Source: Macrostomum lignano
Taxonomy: Eukaryota
Direction: 5' to 3'
Assembly: GCA_002269645.1 (NCBI GenBank)
Contig: NIVC01001946.1
Location: forward strand, 1-64,000
Length of the DNA stretch: 64,000 nucleotides
Made by a program: the position numbers and the translations under genes. Shown one piece after another: positions 59,410 through 64,000 of the stretch. Below the pieces are notes generated by a model, which saw nothing but the letters and a program-made list of their open reading frames with translations, did no database searches and had not been told where the DNA came from. Numbering within the stretch: position 1 is the stretch's first letter; each line of letters begins with the position of its first letter.

Positions 59410-61640
59410 AACGTCAGGAAAACTAAAAGACTTTTTAAAAAGAATCGTCATGTAAAAATCATAGAAGCGTCATATAAAAAATCGTAGAAGCGTCATTTAA
59501 AAAATCATAGAAGCGTCATGTAAAAAATCGTAAAAGCGTCATTTAAAAAATCATAGAAGCGTCATGTAAACAATCATAGAAGCGTCATGTAAAAAATCAT
59601 AGAAGAGTCATGTAAAAAAATCGAAGCGTCATGTAAATAATCATAGAAGCGTCATGTAAACAATCGTAGAAGCGTCATATAAAAATCATAGAAGCGTCAT
59701 TTAAAAAATCATAGAAGCGTCATGTAAAAAATCAGAGAAGCGTCATGTAAACAATCATAGAAGAGTCATGTAAAAAAATCGAAGCGTCATGTAAATAATC
59801 ATAGAAGCGTCATGTAAACAATCGTAGAAGCGTCATATAAAAATCATAGAAGCGTCATTTAAAAAATCATAGAAGCGTCATGTAAAAAATCAGAGAAGCG
59901 TCATGTAAAAAATCATAGAAGCGTCATGTAAACAATCATAGAAGCGTCATGTAAACAATCATAGAAGTGTCATGTAAAAAAAATCATAGAAACGTCATGT
60001 AAACAATCGTAGAAGCGTCATGTAAAAAATCATAGAAGCCTTATATAAAAACTAATGGAAGTGTCATTTAAGAAATCATAGAAGCGTCATGTAAAAATCA
60101 AAAGAAGCGTCATGTCAGACATGAAAGAAGTGTCATGTAAAAATTAAATGAAGCTATTGTGCTGTGCTGGGGAGAATTACTGAGATGTCAAGGCTCACGG
60201 AGAATAACTGAGATTAGGGGGGGGGGGGGGTTCTGAGATGTCAAAGCAAAAGTCAGAAGCTACTTCAAAGTACATGTAGTTTACTCAATTTTTTTTATTA
60301 CCTTCTTTGTTGGCTCGCCACGGGGGGGGGGCGCTGATAGAAGAAGAGTCATGTAAAAAAGAAAAGAAGCACTATGTATACATAAAAGAAGAGTCATGTC
60401 GAAGTTAAAAGATTCATTTGGGAATTGCTACGATGTCAAGGCTTGGAGGGAATCGTTATAGTGCTGTGATTCTTAAAGAAGGAATCACTAAAATGTCAAG
60501 GCTTAAGGGAGAAGAATTGTTGAGATTTCAAGGCTTTAGGTTGGGTTAAAGTTAGGTTTAGTTCCGGTGTGGGTTGAGGGTTAGATTTTAGCGGGTTTCA
60601 AGGTTAACAGGGGATTTTTCAGATATCAAGGTTTATGGGGGGCATTGCTGACATTTCAAGGCTTACGAGGGGAATAGCTGAGATGTCAAGGCTCATGGGG
60701 GAATAAATGAGATGTCAAGGCTAAAGTCAGAAGCTACATGTAGTCTATTGAAAACTTTTTTTCATTATTTGTTGGCTCCTCACGGGAGGGATCGCTGATA
60801 GAAAAAGCGTAATGTAAAAAATAAGAAGCTTCATGTCGAAGTTAAGAGATTCATTTGGGAATCCCTACGATGACGAGGCTTGCAGGGAATCGCTATAATG
60901 CTGTAGTAGTGCTATAATGACTCTTAGAGAGAATTACTGAAATGTCAATGCTTTAGGGTTAGGTTAGGTTAGGGTTAGGGTTAGGGTTAGAAAGTTGACA
61001 GATTTTTTTAGATTTCATGGCTTATGGGGAGCATCGCTGAGATGTCAAGGGGAAGTTGAAATGTTAAAGCTTGTGGGGGGGAATTACTGACATGTCAAGG
61101 CTTACAAGGGACTGCTTGCAAAGCAGTATATTATTGCAAAGAGATGCAAATATTGCAGAGAGATATTGCAAAGTGATGCTACATGTAGCTTATTACAAAA
61201 CTTGTACTGCATTTTTTGGCTCCCCAACGCTAAGATACTAAGCTAAAAAAATACTACTAGCGCTTCACAAACTTATGCAGATGTCAGGCTGTAGGGTTAG
61301 TGTTAGCGTTGGTGTTAGGGTATATGGTTAGGGTTAGGGTTATAGCGTTAAGATTCGGGTTAGTGCTAGGGTTAGGGTAGCTTATAACTTAGCTCATGTA
61401 GCTTATTAAAAATGTTTATCATAGAAGCGTCATGCAAAAATCATGGAAGCGTCATGCAAAAAATCATAGAAGCATCATGCAAAAACTCATGGACAAAATA
61501 TTAAATTTAGGGTTATGTTTAGGGTTGGGGTTAGGGCTATTAGAAGTTTGACAGGAGATTTTTAGGATTTCAAGGCTACATGTAGCTTATTAAAAAACGT
61601 GTATTTCATTTCTTTAGCTCCCCAACGGGGGGCGTAGATT
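59410..61640. repeat. Composite satellite: ~23-bp array, diverged ~470-bp duplications and degenerate TTAGGG runs
   Basis: aatcatagaagcgtcatgtaaaa array at 59410-60150 and 61420-61490. Duplicated blocks ~60235-60470 and ~60710-60910. ttagggttag runs at ~60955-60990, 61295-61380 and 61515-61540. Confidence 0.8.
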
Positions 61641-62469
61641 GCTTCAACACTAAATTTAAAGTGCACTGTCGGATGTGTGTCACATTATATTCGCAAGTCT
61701 GGTCTATTTTATTGGCGGAAATTATAAATTCATTCTCATTCTCTATAGCTACTGCACTTGACTAGTAGGGAGTTAGCTAGAACGGCAGTGTTTGTCTCTC
61801 CCTCCCACTGTCCCAAAACTACGTATAGCCTGCAGCAAAGGGATGATGATGATGCATTTGCATGCTCCGCTGTATGAATGTTTCTGCCTTCGCCGTGCGT
61901 GAGCAAAAATAAATGGCTCAAGCCCGAAACTATGGTTTCATTATTGGCCTCTAAGAGCGCTTCTCTCCGCCTTGTCAGCTGGTATAGTTGGTCTAGGAAG
62001 CTACGAACGTATGAACGCACACGACACGGCTTAATATAAACTTTAGTCTAACCCAGTGTCAAGGACGCCTTAGGTTAGTATCAGGACAGCTGGAAACAAA
62101 AGCTCCACAGGACTGGACGGTTTTGCTACAATACTTTAGGGTCTCGGTGAAATTTCTGAAATTTCACCTCCTGCGCCAGATGTGGACGGTACTGTCATGC
62201 CGCAGCGCTGTACTCACTTGTTGTCGTTAAACGGGGTGCCTATAACAGTGCGGGGTGCTCGCTCACAAAGTACTTACTTATTGTACTCTGCACCCCCGGC
62301 TTACTTCACCCCTGTTTTGCCTTTTATGCCAACGTGGCCGCATATGATTGGCTGAGACCTGAAGGCCCAAATATGTATCTAGGCGCTCTCGCCCTATTTG
62401 GAGGGCCAAGCGTTTTCGCACTGCCAAAATCGATACTGACTTCTGAGTCATTAAAGGTACGACAGTGGT

Positions 62470-63062
62470 GCCAGCACCAAGGGGCGCCAGCACCAAGGGA
62501 CGCCAGCACCAAGGGGCTTTAGCACCAAGGGGCTTTAGCACCAAGGGGCTTTAGCACCAAGGGGCGCCAGCACCAAGGGGCTTTAGCACCAAGGGGCTTT
62601 AGCACCAAGGGGCTTTAGCACCAAGGGGCTTTAGCACCAAGGGGCTTTAGCACCAAGGGGCTTTAGCACCAAGGGGCTTTAGCACCAAGGGGCGCCAGCA
62701 CCAAGGGGCGCCAGCACCAAGGGGCGCCAGCACCAAGGGGCGCCAGCACCAAGGGGCGCCAGCACCAAGGGGCGCCAGCACCAAGGGGCGCCAGCACCAA
62801 GGGGCGCCAGCACCAAGGGGCGCCAGCACCAAGGGGCTTTAGCACCAAGGGGCGCCAGCACCAAGGGGCTTTAGCACCAAGGGGCGCCAGCACCAAGGGG
62901 CGCCAGCACCAAGGGGCGCCAGCACCAAGGGGCGCCAGCACCAAGGGGCGCCAGCACCAAGGGGCGCCAGCACCAAGGGGCGCCAGCACCAAGGGGCGCC
63001 AGCACCAAGGGGCGCCAGCACCAAGGGGCGCCAGCACCAAGGGGCGCCACGCCAGCACCAAG
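62470..63062. repeat. 16-bp GC-rich tandem array, about 36 copies, two unit variants
   Basis: gcaccaaggggcttta units dominate the left part and gcaccaaggggcgcca units the right. Three inverted units also occur at ~55819-55868. Confidence 0.95.
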
Positions 63063-64000
63063 AGAGTTGGAGGCCGCGGCCCTCCCCATGGCCCCTATAT
63101 ATGGCCCAGAAATTTCCCGATTGATGTATTAATCGACTGTAAAACACAATTACCATGGATATTTATTATATTTTCATTTCCAGTTTCTGCTAATTCTTTT
63201 TCTTGAAGTTACGAGCGTATTATAGAGAATGAGTTGTTGATCGAAACTTTCCAAGCAAATTTTGCTTCTAGAAATAATAAATTTATCGAAATTGAAGGAA
63301 AAAACTGAGTGGATTCTGCTAAATTCCAAATTCTCTCTCCATATGTCCAGCCTGCACTGGCTTTTATTGTCCGAAAACTGGGGGGGGGGGGTATTTTATA
63401 TTTTATTCACGCGACGATCTGCACTGGTATTCCAGGGATCAGAGGCGTGCAACTCTGCATGACGATTGGTCGTTTGAATATGCAGCCAGCCAGAGGCATC
63501 AATTTAGGATTTCCACGCCTATGCATCCAAACTCCAATACCAGCTAGATAGGACATGCGAGAGTGTACGTTGTAGTAGTACTCAGTACAAATAAGCTCAA
63601 ACAACCGACGCTTTTTTAAGCTTCCATTTGTCCATGAGCTCGCAGCTATAAGGTAATCATTTTGACTAAAGAGATATAACTACATATCTGAGTGATCTCA
63701 GTTCTAGAATCAGAAATTACCAAAGTACCTCAACTAGTGGTCTTTCAGGTACCAAAGCCGATATCAGAACAATGGGACAACAATTAAGCTGCGAGAGCTA
63801 CTGCGTATCGACAATGCAGCGTTTACGGGCGAGCTTAATACCACAGAAAGTCAGGTGAGAAATATGAGTTGTTTAGCATAATTTTTTTAGTTATTCGGCT
63901 CAAATCTGCCTTGCGTCACGACCCAGAGAGTGTATATGCCTGATGATTAGAAAGCTAGAAAGCCTGCGTACGAGTGCCTGACTGCGTACAGTATTGGTGC

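Overview
Eukaryotic (invertebrate animal) genomic DNA, not prokaryotic: it has GT-AG spliced genes, TTAGGG-type repeats and very dense mini/microsatellites. A lophotrochozoan such as a Macrostomum-like flatworm is my inference from style only. The left third (1-21.5 kb) is a tandem cluster of four intronless Cys-loop ligand-gated ion-channel subunit genes on the + strand: one cut by the window edge, two with a single-base frameshift, one intact. They have a cation-type GEK pore but lack the acetylcholine-binding residues, and the two recent duplicates are each bracketed by RFX X-box motifs. A deleted Ty3/Gypsy element carrying a tRNA-derived SINE lies between them. The middle (22.6-44.3 kb) holds three spliced housekeeping genes on the - strand, AGXT (5 exons), HPF1 (3 exons) and CUL5 (6 exons), and nearly every intron is filled by its own tandem repeat. 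The right third is a transposon/satellite graveyard: a TSD-flanked, inverted Penelope-like insertion with two hammerhead-ribozyme motifs, two degenerate RNase H-type non-LTR elements, TIR elements and satellites. The best candidate for a new system is the X-box-associated, ligand-site-diversifying orphan Cys-loop receptor cluster, a possible ionotropic chemoreceptor family of ciliated cells. All alignments were done by eye; no database search was run.
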